A stretch of DNA of 64,000 nt from an uncultured bacterium (GCA_905214285.1 CAJMLI010000002.1:101015-165014); one strand, 5' to 3'; positions 9,262 to 18,530 are shown, numbered from the stretch's first letter. The notes: generated by a model not told the origin, from the letters alone. A program made the numbers and translations.

Positions 9262-9402
9262 AAAGGAGGCTGGGGATTCGAACCCGAGAGGGCACGGGCG
9301 TTAAGCAAACGCGAAAGCGTTTGTAGCCCGTGGGCGAAAAGCCGCCAGGCTTTGAAGCCGGAGGGCATGCGCAGCATGCCCGGACATCCCCAGCTCTCCG
9401 CC
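9262..9402. other. tRNA-Ser-derived structured segment: an inverted T-arm fragment (ggctggggattcgaaccc), a nested hairpin with a GAAA tetraloop, an 8-bp hairpin (gggcatgc gca gcatgccc), then a direct tRNA-Ser 3' fragment (ggacatccccagctctccgcca)
   Basis: Seen in sequence. It does not fold into a canonical tRNA on either strand. Confidence 0.3.
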
Positions 9403-9419
9403 AGTACGAATTTGAAGAA

Positions 9420-9473
9420 GGGTCCCATTTGGGGCCCTTTTTATTATCAAGAATGGCGGCTGGGGATTCGAAC
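9420..9473. repeat. Second copy of the tRNA-Ser terminator plus an inverted T-arm fragment (ggctggggattcgaacc)
   Basis: About 90-nt direct repeat: 9199-9290 versus 9389-9480. Confidence 0.6.
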
Positions 9474-9475
9474 CT

Positions 9476-9505
9476 CAAAAAAAGAGGCATCCTTTCGGAC
9501 GCCTC
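9476..9505 (-). terminator. Rho-independent terminator of the minus-strand carboxypeptidase gene
   Basis: Minus strand reads gaggcgtcc gaaa ggatgcctc followed by TTTTTTT. Confidence 0.55.
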
Positions 9506-9533
9506 CCTTCAGTGGGCTTATTATTCTTGCGCC

Positions 9534-10943
9534 CTACACCTCGGGCGCCTTGGCGACGGTCTCGCTTTCTGCCGTGAGTGGGCGGTTGTCGATGCGACGG
9601 CCCAAGCGATCGAGCTTCACGAGTAGCCATTCAATGGGATTCGGCCCTGCGCCCTCCTCGTCGGCAACTAGGTCCATGACGGCGATCTTGGTGCCGTCCT
9701 GCTTGAGCGTGACGCTGCCCACCTTGTCGCCCACATGCACCGTGCCCGAAAGATCGTCGTAGCTAACCTTTTCGGTCACCTCGCCGGCAAGGGAAAACAC
9801 GGTCGCTTGCGCCGTAGGATCGGCGAGTGTGGCGTCGATCGTCTTATCCGTCCAGTCGGTTTGACCAATGCGCGCCATAAGCGGGTTGCCGTTGGCGGTC
9901 TTTTCCTGTGTGTTGGCGATTGCGACCGTCACCTTGTGACCGTAGTACCAATTGGCAAGGGTTGCGGTATCGGTAAAGCGCTGGTCGGTGGTGGTGGAGT
10001 TCAAAACGACGGTGTAGATCTCGTCGCCATCGCGGTTGTAGGCACCCGTAAAGCAATAGCCTGCATCATCGGTGGTGCCGGTCTTGCCACCGATGTTGCC
10101 ATCTTGGCCTAGCAAATAGTTATGCGTGTCCATGGAATGCGAATGGTCGGTGCCGTCGGCGCCCGTGACCTCGATCCAGGAATCTTCGCTCGCTACGACC
10201 TCGCGGATCGTGTCGTTTTTCATGGCCTCCTGCATCATCAGCGCTACGTCGTGTGCGGTTGAGTGCATATCGCCAGCCCACTCATCAAAGTCCAGACCAT
10301 GCGGGTTTTCAAAAAGCGTGCCGGTGCAACCGAGCTTCTTAGCGCGCTCGTTCATGGCTTTCACAAATGTTGCCTCGGCGTCTTTGGTCTTAGGGTCGAT
10401 CTTCTTGCCCACATATTCGGCGAGCACGATGGCGGCGTCGTTGCCCGAGGGAATCATCAGGCCGCGCAGTGCCTGCTTCACGGTGAGCTCGTCGCCTTCG
10501 AGTAGGCCGGCTGTTGAATTGCCCACGGTGGCTGCGGCGTTGCTCACCGTGACCTTCTCGTCCATCTTGCAATTCTCGACGGTTAGGATTGCGGTCATGA
10601 CCTTGGTGATCGAGGCAATCTTGACCTGCTCATCGGCGCCGCGCCCATAGTAGACGGTGCCGTCTTTGCCCATGACGAGGGCATTGGTCGCATCGATATC
10701 GGGCAGGTTTTCGGCCGTGATGCCGCGCGCATCGGCGGTTTTGCCGCAAACATTGTCGGTCGTGAGCACTTGGGCGCCGGCGACGGTGGGCACGCCAGCG
10801 GCAAGGGCGATAGCGCAGACAAAGCCGGCGGCAAGCTGGGCTGAGCGCTTTGCAAAAGAGATGAGGGACTTCACAGATTTCGCTTTCGACGGGATGGTCT
10901 CTTCTGGAACTAGAGTATATCGTTTGCCGGTGTCGGCGATCAT
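9534..10943 (-). CDS. Serine-type D-Ala-D-Ala carboxypeptidase (peptidase S11, PBP5/DacA-like) with signal peptide
   Basis: SxxK motif (ASITKVMTA), SGN motif (IPSGNDAAI), and KTG-like GKTGTT. N-terminal signal/TM segment. The ORF opens at 10985; the likely ATG is at 10943. Confidence 0.8.
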   Translation of the reverse strand: MIADTGKRYTLVPEETIPSKAKSVKSLISFAKRSAQLAAGFVCAIALAAGVPTVAGAQVLTTDNVCGKTADARGITAENLPDIDATNALVMGKDGTVYYGRGADEQVKIASITKVMTAILTVENCKMDEKVTVSNAAATVGNSTAGLLEGDELTVKQALRGLMIPSGNDAAIVLAEYVGKKIDPKTKDAEATFVKAMNERAKKLGCTGTLFENPHGLDFDEWAGDMHSTAHDVALMMQEAMKNDTIREVVASEDSWIEVTGADGTDHSHSMDTHNYLLGQDGNIGGKTGTTDDAGYCFTGAYNRDGDEIYTVVLNSTTTDQRFTDTATLANWYYGHKVTVAIANTQEKTANGNPLMARIGQTDWTDKTIDATLADPTAQATVFSLAGEVTEKVSYDDLSGTVHVGDKVGSVTLKQDGTKIAVMDLVADEEGAGPNPIEWLLVKLDRLGRRIDNRPLTAESETVAKAPEV

Positions 10944-11071
10944 CGCGTGCGTGCGTGGCCCACATCCGCGCCCGAACGGGCACAAGGGTGCTTAAGGCCG
11001 ACTTAATCACCCACGCTTGTTGTGTGTGGCGTGCGTCGCCTCGGGCATAATGGAGCGCGAGAGGAGCACGC

Positions 11072-11767
11072 ATGAACGAGCGCATTTTGGTAGTTGATGA
11101 CGAGAAGGCCATCGCCGACTTGGTTGGTATCTACCTTACAAAAGAGGGCTTTGATGTCCAGATTGCCTATAGCGGGGCCGATGCTGCCAAGGCAATCCTG
11201 GAGCAGGAGTTCGATCTGGCACTGTTGGATGTCATGCTGCCCGATATCGATGGCTTTGAGCTACTGCGTACGATCCGTTTCAGCCATACCTATCCTGTGA
11301 TCATGCTGACGGCGCGCGATGCCCAGCAAGACAAGATCGAGGGCCTTTCGCTTGGCGCGGACGATTACGTGGTTAAGCCGTTCCGTCCGCTGGAGCTCAT
11401 CGCGCGCGTGCACGCTCAGCTTCGCCGCTACACCAGCTACGGTAGCCGCTCGCAGGCGGCCGAGTCGCCGACCATCCAGCTCGACGGCCTGGAGATCAAC
11501 CGCGATGCTCGTTCCGTAACGGTGGACGGTGCACCGGTACGCCTCACGCCCATCGAGTATTCCATCTTGCTGTATCTGGTTGAGCATCGCGGCAGCGTGG
11601 TAGCCGTGGAGGATCTGTTCCGCGCGGTGTGGAACGAGGATTTTATGCCCGGCTCCAACAATACGGTGATGGTGCACATTCGCCACCTGCGCGAAAAGAT
11701 TGGCGACGACGCTCAAAAGCCGCGCTTTATCAAAAACGTCTGGGGCGTCGGCTACATAATCGAATAG
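11072..11767 (+). CDS. OmpR-family response regulator, VanR-type
   Basis: Receiver plus winged-helix domains. YPVIMLTARDAQQDKIEGLSLGADDYVVKPFRPLELIARVHAQLRRY closely parallels the VanR consensus as I recall it. Confidence 0.8.
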   Translation: MNERILVVDDEKAIADLVGIYLTKEGFDVQIAYSGADAAKAILEQEFDLALLDVMLPDIDGFELLRTIRFSHTYPVIMLTARDAQQDKIEGLSLGADDYVVKPFRPLELIARVHAQLRRYTSYGSRSQAAESPTIQLDGLEINRDARSVTVDGAPVRLTPIEYSILLYLVEHRGSVVAVEDLFRAVWNEDFMPGSNNTVMVHIRHLREKIGDDAQKPRFIKNVWGVGYIIE

Positions 11768-11786
11768 CGCCTTTGATGGTGGGGAA

Positions 11787-13031
11787 GTGGATATGACAAA
11801 AGACGATAGGCAGGCATTCGAGGTGCCCGATCGACTCTTTGAATACGTACGGGCAGTCGTCGACAACCGCGCGCTTGCGACGGTGCTGCTCTTTTTGCTG
11901 AGCCTGCTGCTGATTGGCATCGACAACATCGCCGGAGTCTTAGCGGTGCTGCTTGTCGGCTTTTTGCTGATCGATCGATTCGAAATCGTGCGCCGTTGCG
12001 TGGTGATTGGCGGTGCCGCGTGGGCCATGACGTTGGCGATTGGCGCCATGGCGCTCGGCGGCATCGAAGGGCCGGTGTTGTTCGATGCCGGCTTTGTATT
12101 CAACATGCTTGGCTTTGTGCTGGCGCTTGCCGTGTGCGTGCTGTTCTTTTGCGGCCGCGCCCTGTACTACCATGGCTACGAGCAGGGCGAGCAGCATGCC
12201 GATTGTGTGCTGGCCGCTCGTATTCAAGATCGCCTGATCGATCACCCCGACACCTGGGATAACATCGACGGCGACTTCTTGGAGGTCGAGGGCGCCCTTA
12301 ACCGCGTGCGTGACCGTGAGCGCAAGGTGCAGCAAGCTCTGCGTGACGAGTCGCATCGCAAGGACGATTTGGTCACGTACTTGGCACATGACCTACGCAC
12401 CCCGCTTGCCAGTGTGGTGGGCTATCTTTCGCTGCTGCAAGAGGCTCCTGAGCTGCCGGTTGAGCAATGTGCGCGCTTTACGGGCGTGGCACTCGACAAG
12501 GCGCACCGGCTCGATGCGCTCATCGAGGAGTTCTTCGATATCACGCGCTTTGACTTCCACGATATCGTGCTCACGCGCGGCTATGTTGATCTGGGGTTGC
12601 TGCTGGCTCAGGTGGCTGACGAGTTCTATCCCATCCTCAACGAGCAGCATAAGGAAGCCCAAGTTGATATTCGCGAGGACCTGACGGTGCTCGTGGATGG
12701 CGACAAGATGGCCCGCGTGTTCAACAACATCATGAAAAACGCCGTCGCCTATAGCTACGAGGGCTCGACCATCACGATTGAGGCCAGGCGCCAAGACGAT
12801 GGTGGCGTGCGCGTGCGCTTTATCAATCAGGGCGATCCTATCCCTGCGGCTAAGCTCAAGGTAATCTTTGAGAAGTTCTATCGCCTGGATGCGGCGCGTG
12901 CGACCAATCGCGGTGGTGCCGGTTTGGGCCTTGCTATTGCCAAGGAGATCATCGCGGCACACGGCGGTACCGTTGCATGTGAATCGACGCCCGAACACAC
13001 GATATTCACCATCGAGCTGCCCGCCGCATAG
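11787..13031 (+). CDS. Sensor histidine kinase, VanS-type
   Basis: N-terminal TM helices. H-box LAHDLRTPLASVVGYLSLLQEAPELPVEQ, N/G boxes (VFNNIMKNAVAYS, GGAGLGLAIAKEII). Strongly VanS-like from memory. GTG at 11787 or ATG at 11793. Confidence 0.8.
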   Translation: MDMTKDDRQAFEVPDRLFEYVRAVVDNRALATVLLFLLSLLLIGIDNIAGVLAVLLVGFLLIDRFEIVRRCVVIGGAAWAMTLAIGAMALGGIEGPVLFDAGFVFNMLGFVLALAVCVLFFCGRALYYHGYEQGEQHADCVLAARIQDRLIDHPDTWDNIDGDFLEVEGALNRVRDRERKVQQALRDESHRKDDLVTYLAHDLRTPLASVVGYLSLLQEAPELPVEQCARFTGVALDKAHRLDALIEEFFDITRFDFHDIVLTRGYVDLGLLLAQVADEFYPILNEQHKEAQVDIREDLTVLVDGDKMARVFNNIMKNAVAYSYEGSTITIEARRQDDGGVRVRFINQGDPIPAAKLKVIFEKFYRLDAARATNRGGAGLGLAIAKEIIAAHGGTVACESTPEHTIFTIELPAA

Positions 13032-13134
13032 CTAGCGTGCCCTTACAAACACTTGACAATGTGCTCACGTGCGTATGAGCCGCGATTCTTACTATCGATA
13101 CTGCTGAATTGATATCGATATGGAGGTGTGCGGT

Positions 13135-14010
13135 ATGACGGCTGCTGCGGCTGTGGAGCCCACGGAGCTTGAAGAACTCATGGAAGCGCAGGCCGAGGCC
13201 GCGCATGAGCGCGAGGTTGGGGATGCGACTCGCCCCACGGCAGAGGATCTTGCCGCCTCGCCGACGCGCATCGATGTCGAGGGCATCGACCTGTTCTATG
13301 GCGACCACCATGCGCTCAAGGACGTGAATATCAAGATCCGCGACAAGCAGATCACCTCGTTCATCGGGCCTTCGGGCTGCGGAAAGTCCACGTTGCTGCG
13401 CTGCTTTAACCGCATGAACGACGGCATCAAGGATTGCCGCATCGAGGGCAAGATTGCGCTCGATGGTCAAGATATCCTGGGCGATTGCGACATCTGCCGT
13501 TTGCGCCAGCGCGTGGGCATGGTGTTCCAACGCCCCAACCCATTTCCCATGAGCATCTACGACAACGTCGCCTACGGTCCTCGCGGTATGGGTGTGCGCG
13601 ACCGCGCCGTGCTCGATGAGCTGGTCGAGGACTCCCTGCGTCGCGCTGCCCTGTGGGACGAGGTCAAGGACAAGCTCAAAGAGTCAGGCCTGGGTCTTTC
13701 GGGTGGACAGCAGCAGCGCCTGTGCATCGCCCGCGCACTTGCCGTGCAGCCCGACATTCTGCTGATGGACGAGCCGACCTCGGCACTCGACCCTGTGTCG
13801 ACGTTGGTGGTGGAGCAGCTGGCCTGCGAGCTCAAGGAGACCTGCACGCTGGTGGTCGTGACGCACAACATGCAGCAGGCCGCGCGTATTTCCGATTCGG
13901 TTGCGTTCTTTTTGCTGGGTGAGCTGGTGGAGCACGCGCCCACCGCGCAACTCTTCAAGAATCCGTCCGATCCGCGCACCGCGGATTATTTGACGGGGCG
14001 TTTTGGCTGA
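13135..14010 (+). CDS. pstB: Phosphate ABC transporter ATP-binding protein PstB
   Basis: Walker [10 protein letters not shown], PstB-specific [37 protein letters not shown]-terminal TGRFG. RBS GGAGGTG precedes ATG 13135. Confidence 0.85.
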   Translation: MTAAAAVEPTELEELMEAQAEAAHEREVGDATRPTAEDLAASPTRIDVEGIDLFYGDHHALKDVNIKIRDKQITSFIGPSGCGKSTLLRCFNRMNDGIKDCRIEGKIALDGQDILGDCDICRLRQRVGMVFQRPNPFPMSIYDNVAYGPRGMGVRDRAVLDELVEDSLRRAALWDEVKDKLKESGLGLSGGQQQRLCIARALAVQPDILLMDEPTSALDPVSTLVVEQLACELKETCTLVVVTHNMQQAARISDSVAFFLLGELVEHAPTAQLFKNPSDPRTADYLTGRFG

Positions 14011-14074
14011 CGCTGTCTTTTACAGGTGCCTTTAGGGTTAAGATGCGGTCATATCGGCCGCAAAGGGGTTCAAC

Positions 14075-14803
14075 ATGATCTATTACGTCGAGGACGATGA
14101 CAACATCAGGGATTTGACAGTCTACGCGCTGCGCAAGCAGGGAATCGAGGCCGAGGGCTTTTCGTGTGATGGCGAGTTTAAAGCTGCCGTGGCACGACGG
14201 GTGCCCGATGCTGTGCTGCTCGATATCATGCTGCCCGACACCGATGGCTTGGCGATTATGCGTCGCCTGCGTGCCGATCGCCTGACGGCGACGGTGCCCA
14301 TCATGATGCTTACCGCCAAGGACACCGAACTCGACAAGGTGATGGCGCTCGATGGCGGTGCCGACGATTACCTGACTAAGCCGTTTTCGCTCATGGAGCT
14401 TGCGAGCCGCTGCCGCGCACTGCTGCGTCGCGGCGGCATGGTCAAGCAGGCGAGCGATGTGCTCAGCGTAGGCGACATCGTGCTTTCGCCTAGCCATCGC
14501 GAGGTGACCGTTGCCGGCGAGCCGCTTAAGCTCACCCTGCGCGAGTTCGACCTGCTCGAGTACCTCATGCGCAAGCCCGGCGTGGTCTTTACCCGCGAGT
14601 CGTTGCTGCAGAGCGTGTGGGGCTGGGACTTCGACGGCGGTTCGCGCACCGTTGACGTGCACGTGCAGACGCTTCGCCAAAAACTGGGCGAGCATGCCAG
14701 CGCCATCGAGACCGTGCGCGGCGTGGGTTATCGCCTGGCCGAGCCTTCTGCCGGTGATGGTGCCGAAGGCGACGACACCGCGGCCACCGCATCGGAGGAG
14801 TAA
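14075..14803 (+). CDS. OmpR-family response regulator (PhoP/PhoB/RegX3-like)
   Basis: Receiver domain (D in LLDIMLPDTDG) plus winged helix (GVGYRLAEP). RBS AAAGGGG. Confidence 0.8.
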   Translation: MIYYVEDDDNIRDLTVYALRKQGIEAEGFSCDGEFKAAVARRVPDAVLLDIMLPDTDGLAIMRRLRADRLTATVPIMMLTAKDTELDKVMALDGGADDYLTKPFSLMELASRCRALLRRGGMVKQASDVLSVGDIVLSPSHREVTVAGEPLKLTLREFDLLEYLMRKPGVVFTRESLLQSVWGWDFDGGSRTVDVHVQTLRQKLGEHASAIETVRGVGYRLAEPSAGDGAEGDDTAATASEE

Positions 14804-14806
14804 CCC

Positions 14807-16231
14807 GTGGTCTTCGCCCCCCAGGGAAAACATACGCTGTCGCACCGCGTTTTTGTGACGATCTTTGTCTGCGCCATGGCGGTTATCGTGGCGTTTACGG
14901 TGCTGGGTGCGTTCTTTGTGCAAAACACTTTGGCGGATGCCACGAGTGCCAATCTGGCGCAGGAAACCGAGCTCATTGCTGCCGCCCTCGACGAGCAGCA
15001 GGAGCCCATTCCGTTCTTGCGAAGCCTCGATCGCGAGGATCTTCGTATCACGCTGATCAATAAGGACGGATCTGTTGCCTACGACAACGAGGCGTCGCCT
15101 TCCACACTGCCCAACCATGGCGATCGCCCCGAGGTCATCGAGGCCTTTGAGAGTGGTTCGGGTTCCGCGGAGCGCGCAAGCTCTACACTCGACGAGATTA
15201 TGCTGTATCGCGCCGTCACCCTTGATAACGGCCAGGTCGTTCGCTTGGCGCAGGCCCAGCCTGGCGTTGCGGCGATTTTGCTGTCGATGCTGGCGCCGAT
15301 GCTGCTTATCGCAGCAGCGGGTGCAGTACTCTCGTTTTTTATGGCGCGCCGTGAGTCCCGTGCCATCATCGCGCCGTTGCAAGAGGTGGATTTGGATCAC
15401 CCACGCCGTAGCTATGAGCACGCCTATGCCGAGATGGTCCCCATGCTTGAGCGCATCGAGTCGCAGCGCCAGGAACTCAAGCGCCAAATGGCGGTGCTAG
15501 CGGACAACGACCGTATGCGCCGCGAGTTCACGGCGAATATCACCCATGAGCTCAAGACGCCGCTTACGGCGATTTCGGGCTATGCCGAGCTCATCGCAAA
15601 TGGCATGGTCGAGGGCGAGGACGACCTGCGCAACTTTGGCGGTCGCATCTATCGTGAGGCGGGCCGCTTGGCAGCGCTTGTCAACGACATCCTTACGCTG
15701 TCTAACTTGGACGAGGCCGAACGTGCAACTGAAGGCGAGGCAGTGCCCATTGGGTCCACGGAGCCTATTGAGCTCTCGCGTGCGATCTACGCGGTTGAGC
15801 AGCGTCTTGAACAGGTCGCCCGTCAAGCGAATGTGACGATAAGTCATGAGACCAAGCCTGTGGTCATCGAAGGCGTGTCGCGCTTGGTCGACGAGCTCAT
15901 CTATAATCTGGCAAGCAACGCCATCCGCTACAATCGGCCCGGCGGTACGGTTGCGCTGCAGTGCGGCACCAACGACGAAGGCCATCCGTTCCTCGCTGTC
16001 GCCGACACGGGAATCGGTATCGCGCCTGAAGAACAGGGCAAGGTATTTGAGCGGTTCTATCGCGTGGACAAGAGTAGGTCCAAGGCACGCGGCGGAACCG
16101 GCCTGGGGCTTGCCATTGTCAAGCATGCGGCCCTGTATCATCACGCCACGCTTGATCTGTCGAGCGAGTTGGGCGTGGGAACCACCATTACGGTGACGTT
16201 TCCCATACAGCAGGACGAGCCATTCGCATAG
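14807..16231 (+). CDS. Sensor histidine kinase (PhoR/SenX3-like)
   Basis: GTG start 6 nt after GGAGGAG. One N-terminal TM segment and an extracytoplasmic domain. H-box NITHELKTPLTAISGYAELI, G-box GGTGLGLAIVKH. Confidence 0.8.
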   Translation: MVFAPQGKHTLSHRVFVTIFVCAMAVIVAFTVLGAFFVQNTLADATSANLAQETELIAAALDEQQEPIPFLRSLDREDLRITLINKDGSVAYDNEASPSTLPNHGDRPEVIEAFESGSGSAERASSTLDEIMLYRAVTLDNGQVVRLAQAQPGVAAILLSMLAPMLLIAAAGAVLSFFMARRESRAIIAPLQEVDLDHPRRSYEHAYAEMVPMLERIESQRQELKRQMAVLADNDRMRREFTANITHELKTPLTAISGYAELIANGMVEGEDDLRNFGGRIYREAGRLAALVNDILTLSNLDEAERATEGEAVPIGSTEPIELSRAIYAVEQRLEQVARQANVTISHETKPVVIEGVSRLVDELIYNLASNAIRYNRPGGTVALQCGTNDEGHPFLAVADTGIGIAPEEQGKVFERFYRVDKSRSKARGGTGLGLAIVKHAALYHHATLDLSSELGVGTTITVTFPIQQDEPFA

Positions 16232-16244
16232 CGATACAACACAG

Positions 16245-16282
16245 ATATTGATGTAGACGCCGCATTTGACTTTCGGGTGCGG
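16245..16282 (+). terminator. Terminator hairpin after the kinase gene
   Basis: gacgccgca tttgactttcggg tgcggcgt + ttgttgtg. Confidence 0.4.
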
Positions 16283-16426
16283 CGTTGTTGTGCAATTTTA
16301 CGATTGCTTCCGACATTTTTACAGGAGAGCCTGTTTCTTATGTATAGAGTTTGGTCTCGGTAAAAAGATGCGATAACATACGGACAGTTTTGTCAATCCG
16401 AACTGGGGAAATGAAAGGCAAGCTGC

Positions 16427-17083
16427 ATGACCCTTCTCGAACTGTTCCAGCTGCTGAAGAAGCACCTCAAGCTGGTCATCACCCTTCCGGTGGTCTGCGC
16501 GATCGCCATGGGCATCGTGTCCTTCGTTGCGATGGACAACACCTATACCGCGACGACGAGCATGTACATTCTCGCCAAGACCGACGATAGCGGTCAGATG
16601 AGCTACAACGATCTCTCGGCGAGCCAGATGCTTTCCAACGATATCGCCACGCTGCTGGATAGCGATAGCGTTAAGAGCGGCGCCGCCAAAGAACTGGGCC
16701 TCACCGATTTGGATGACTACAAGGTGTCTGTTTCCTCCGAGACCACCACGCGTGTCATTACGCTTTCGGTTACCGGCACCGATGCCAAGGAGACGGCTGA
16801 GGTCGCAAAGGCCATTGCCAGCTCGGTGAGTACGGTCGCTCAGAACGTCGGCGCTGCCCAGAGCATCAACGTTATCGACGAGGCTAAGACCCCCGAAGCC
16901 CCCAGCGGCCCCAAGCGCACGCTGTATATTGCCGTCGCGTTCCTCGCCGGTATCTTTATCGCAGTTGCCTATGTCGTTTTGGCAGACATGCTCAATACCC
17001 GCATCCGCGGTGCCGAAGAGGCAGAAGAGCTCCTGGGTATTCCCGTTGTTGGCCGAATTCCGGCTATGAAAGGTGGTAAATAG
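16427..17083 (+). CDS. Wzz/CpsC-type chain-length determinant (BY-kinase transmembrane modulator)
   Basis: Two TM segments flanking an extracytoplasmic domain. Located directly upstream of a BY-kinase gene. Confidence 0.75.
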   Translation: MTLLELFQLLKKHLKLVITLPVVCAIAMGIVSFVAMDNTYTATTSMYILAKTDDSGQMSYNDLSASQMLSNDIATLLDSDSVKSGAAKELGLTDLDDYKVSVSSETTTRVITLSVTGTDAKETAEVAKAIASSVSTVAQNVGAAQSINVIDEAKTPEAPSGPKRTLYIAVAFLAGIFIAVAYVVLADMLNTRIRGAEEAEELLGIPVVGRIPAMKGGK

Positions 17084-17085
17084 GC

Positions 17086-17823
17086 ATGGCTAAGGCAAAG
17101 AACACCGATAAGCTCGTTGTACAGAATGCCGCCAAGACCCTTCTGGCCAACATCCGCTTTGCGAGCGTGGACGACCCCATTCGCACCATCACCGTTACCT
17201 CCTCGATTCCCAACGAGGGCAAGTCTACGGTTTCCATTAACCTTGCTCAGGCAATCGCCACGAGCGGCAAGTCCGTGCTCCTGGTCGAGGCCGATATGCG
17301 CCGCAGGTCCCTTTCCGATATGCTCGGCGTTCGTTCGCGCGGCGGACTCTATGCGGTCCTTTCCGAGCAGATCTCCATTGACCAGGCAATTGTCGAGACG
17401 GGTCAGAAGAACTTCTACTTCCTCGATGCCGAGCCGCACATTCCCAATCCTGCCGACATCATCGTCTCCCATCGCTTTGCCAAGCTGGTAAAGGCACTGT
17501 CCGCAAAGTTCCAGTACGTCATCTTCGATGCTCCCCCGGTTGGCACCTTCATCGATGCTGCCGAGATTGCCAGCCTGACCGACGGCGCGCTGTTCGTGGT
17601 GCGCGAGAACTTTACCAAGCGCGAAGAGGCGCTCAACGCCATCGGTCAGCTTAAGAAGTCCGAGAAGGTCAAGCTCATCGGTACCGTCATGAACTACTGC
17701 GAGACCGAGACCAGCGAGTACTACTATTCTTACTACACCAAGGACGGTAAGAAGGTTAAGAAGGGCTCCGACGGTCAGGGCACTTCCAAAAAGGGCATCT
17801 TCACCAACCGAGCAAACGTTTAG
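17086..17823 (+). CDS. CpsD/YwqD-type protein-tyrosine kinase (BY-kinase)
   Basis: Walker A SSIPNEGKSTVS, Walker A'/B, and a C-terminal tyrosine cluster (SEYYYSYYTKDG). Confidence 0.8.
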   Translation: MAKAKNTDKLVVQNAAKTLLANIRFASVDDPIRTITVTSSIPNEGKSTVSINLAQAIATSGKSVLLVEADMRRRSLSDMLGVRSRGGLYAVLSEQISIDQAIVETGQKNFYFLDAEPHIPNPADIIVSHRFAKLVKALSAKFQYVIFDAPPVGTFIDAAEIASLTDGALFVVRENFTKREEALNAIGQLKKSEKVKLIGTVMNYCETETSEYYYSYYTKDGKKVKKGSDGQGTSKKGIFTNRANV

Positions 17824-17840
17824 TTGATTAGGGCCGACCT

Positions 17841-18491
17841 ATGCGTGACATTCATTGCCATATCTTGCCGGGTGTAGACGACGGCGCCGCCGATCTCGAT
17901 GAGAGCTTGGCGATGCTCGAGGCTGCCAAGCGGGCCGGTGTAACCAGAATCGTTTGCACTCCTCACTGCCGTGATCCCTATTTTGATTACGACAAGATGT
18001 GGGATGCCTTTGAGCTGCTGCGCGATAACGCTGACGGTTTTCCGCTCCAGATGGGCTTCGAGGTCAACCATCGAAAACTCGTTGAACTTGGTATCGATGC
18101 CGCGGAGCACTTGCATTTCGATGGGACCAACGAGTTCCTGCTCGAGCTTTCGACGCATGCCGATGCGTATGCGTTTAGAGAATACGAGAACACGATTTAC
18201 GATTTGCAGTGCCGTGGCTACCAGGTGATCATCGCTCATCCTGAGCGCTATCGTGCGGTTCAAAAGGATGTAAGCGTGGCGGAGCGCCTAGTCGATATGG
18301 GCTGCAAACTGCAGGCTTCGGCGGACTTTATTGCCGGCGGTCGCTTTGGTCGCGAGAAAAAGCCGGCCCAGCGCCTGTTCGATCAGAACCTGTACAGCTT
18401 CATCGCGAGCGATGCCCATAACGTGGGCCATTACGACTGCCTGGCGAAGGCTCGCGCGAAGTTTAGCGTGCGCGGAGCTCATTTTCGCTAA
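17841..18491 (+). CDS. CpsB/YwqE-type PHP-family protein-tyrosine phosphatase
   Basis: N-terminal DIHCHILPGVDDG metal-binding motif, followed by further His motifs (CTPHC, IIAHPERY). Confidence 0.8.
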   Translation: MRDIHCHILPGVDDGAADLDESLAMLEAAKRAGVTRIVCTPHCRDPYFDYDKMWDAFELLRDNADGFPLQMGFEVNHRKLVELGIDAAEHLHFDGTNEFLLELSTHADAYAFREYENTIYDLQCRGYQVIIAHPERYRAVQKDVSVAERLVDMGCKLQASADFIAGGRFGREKKPAQRLFDQNLYSFIASDAHNVGHYDCLAKARAKFSVRGAHFR

Positions 18492-18530
18492 AATCTGTCC
18501 CTAACGTTCGCGTTGAATGAAAGGGCAGCT

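Noticed and set aside
9262-9402. Possible tRNA-Sec or a second tRNA-Ser gene in the structured segment after tRNA-Ser
   Set aside because: No strand gives a 7-bp acceptor stem that pairs (ggagagc versus agcctcc fails). The anticodon-arm candidates (cttcaaa, tttgaag loops) lack flanking 5-bp stems. It was treated as a tRNA-derived repeat or structured RNA instead.
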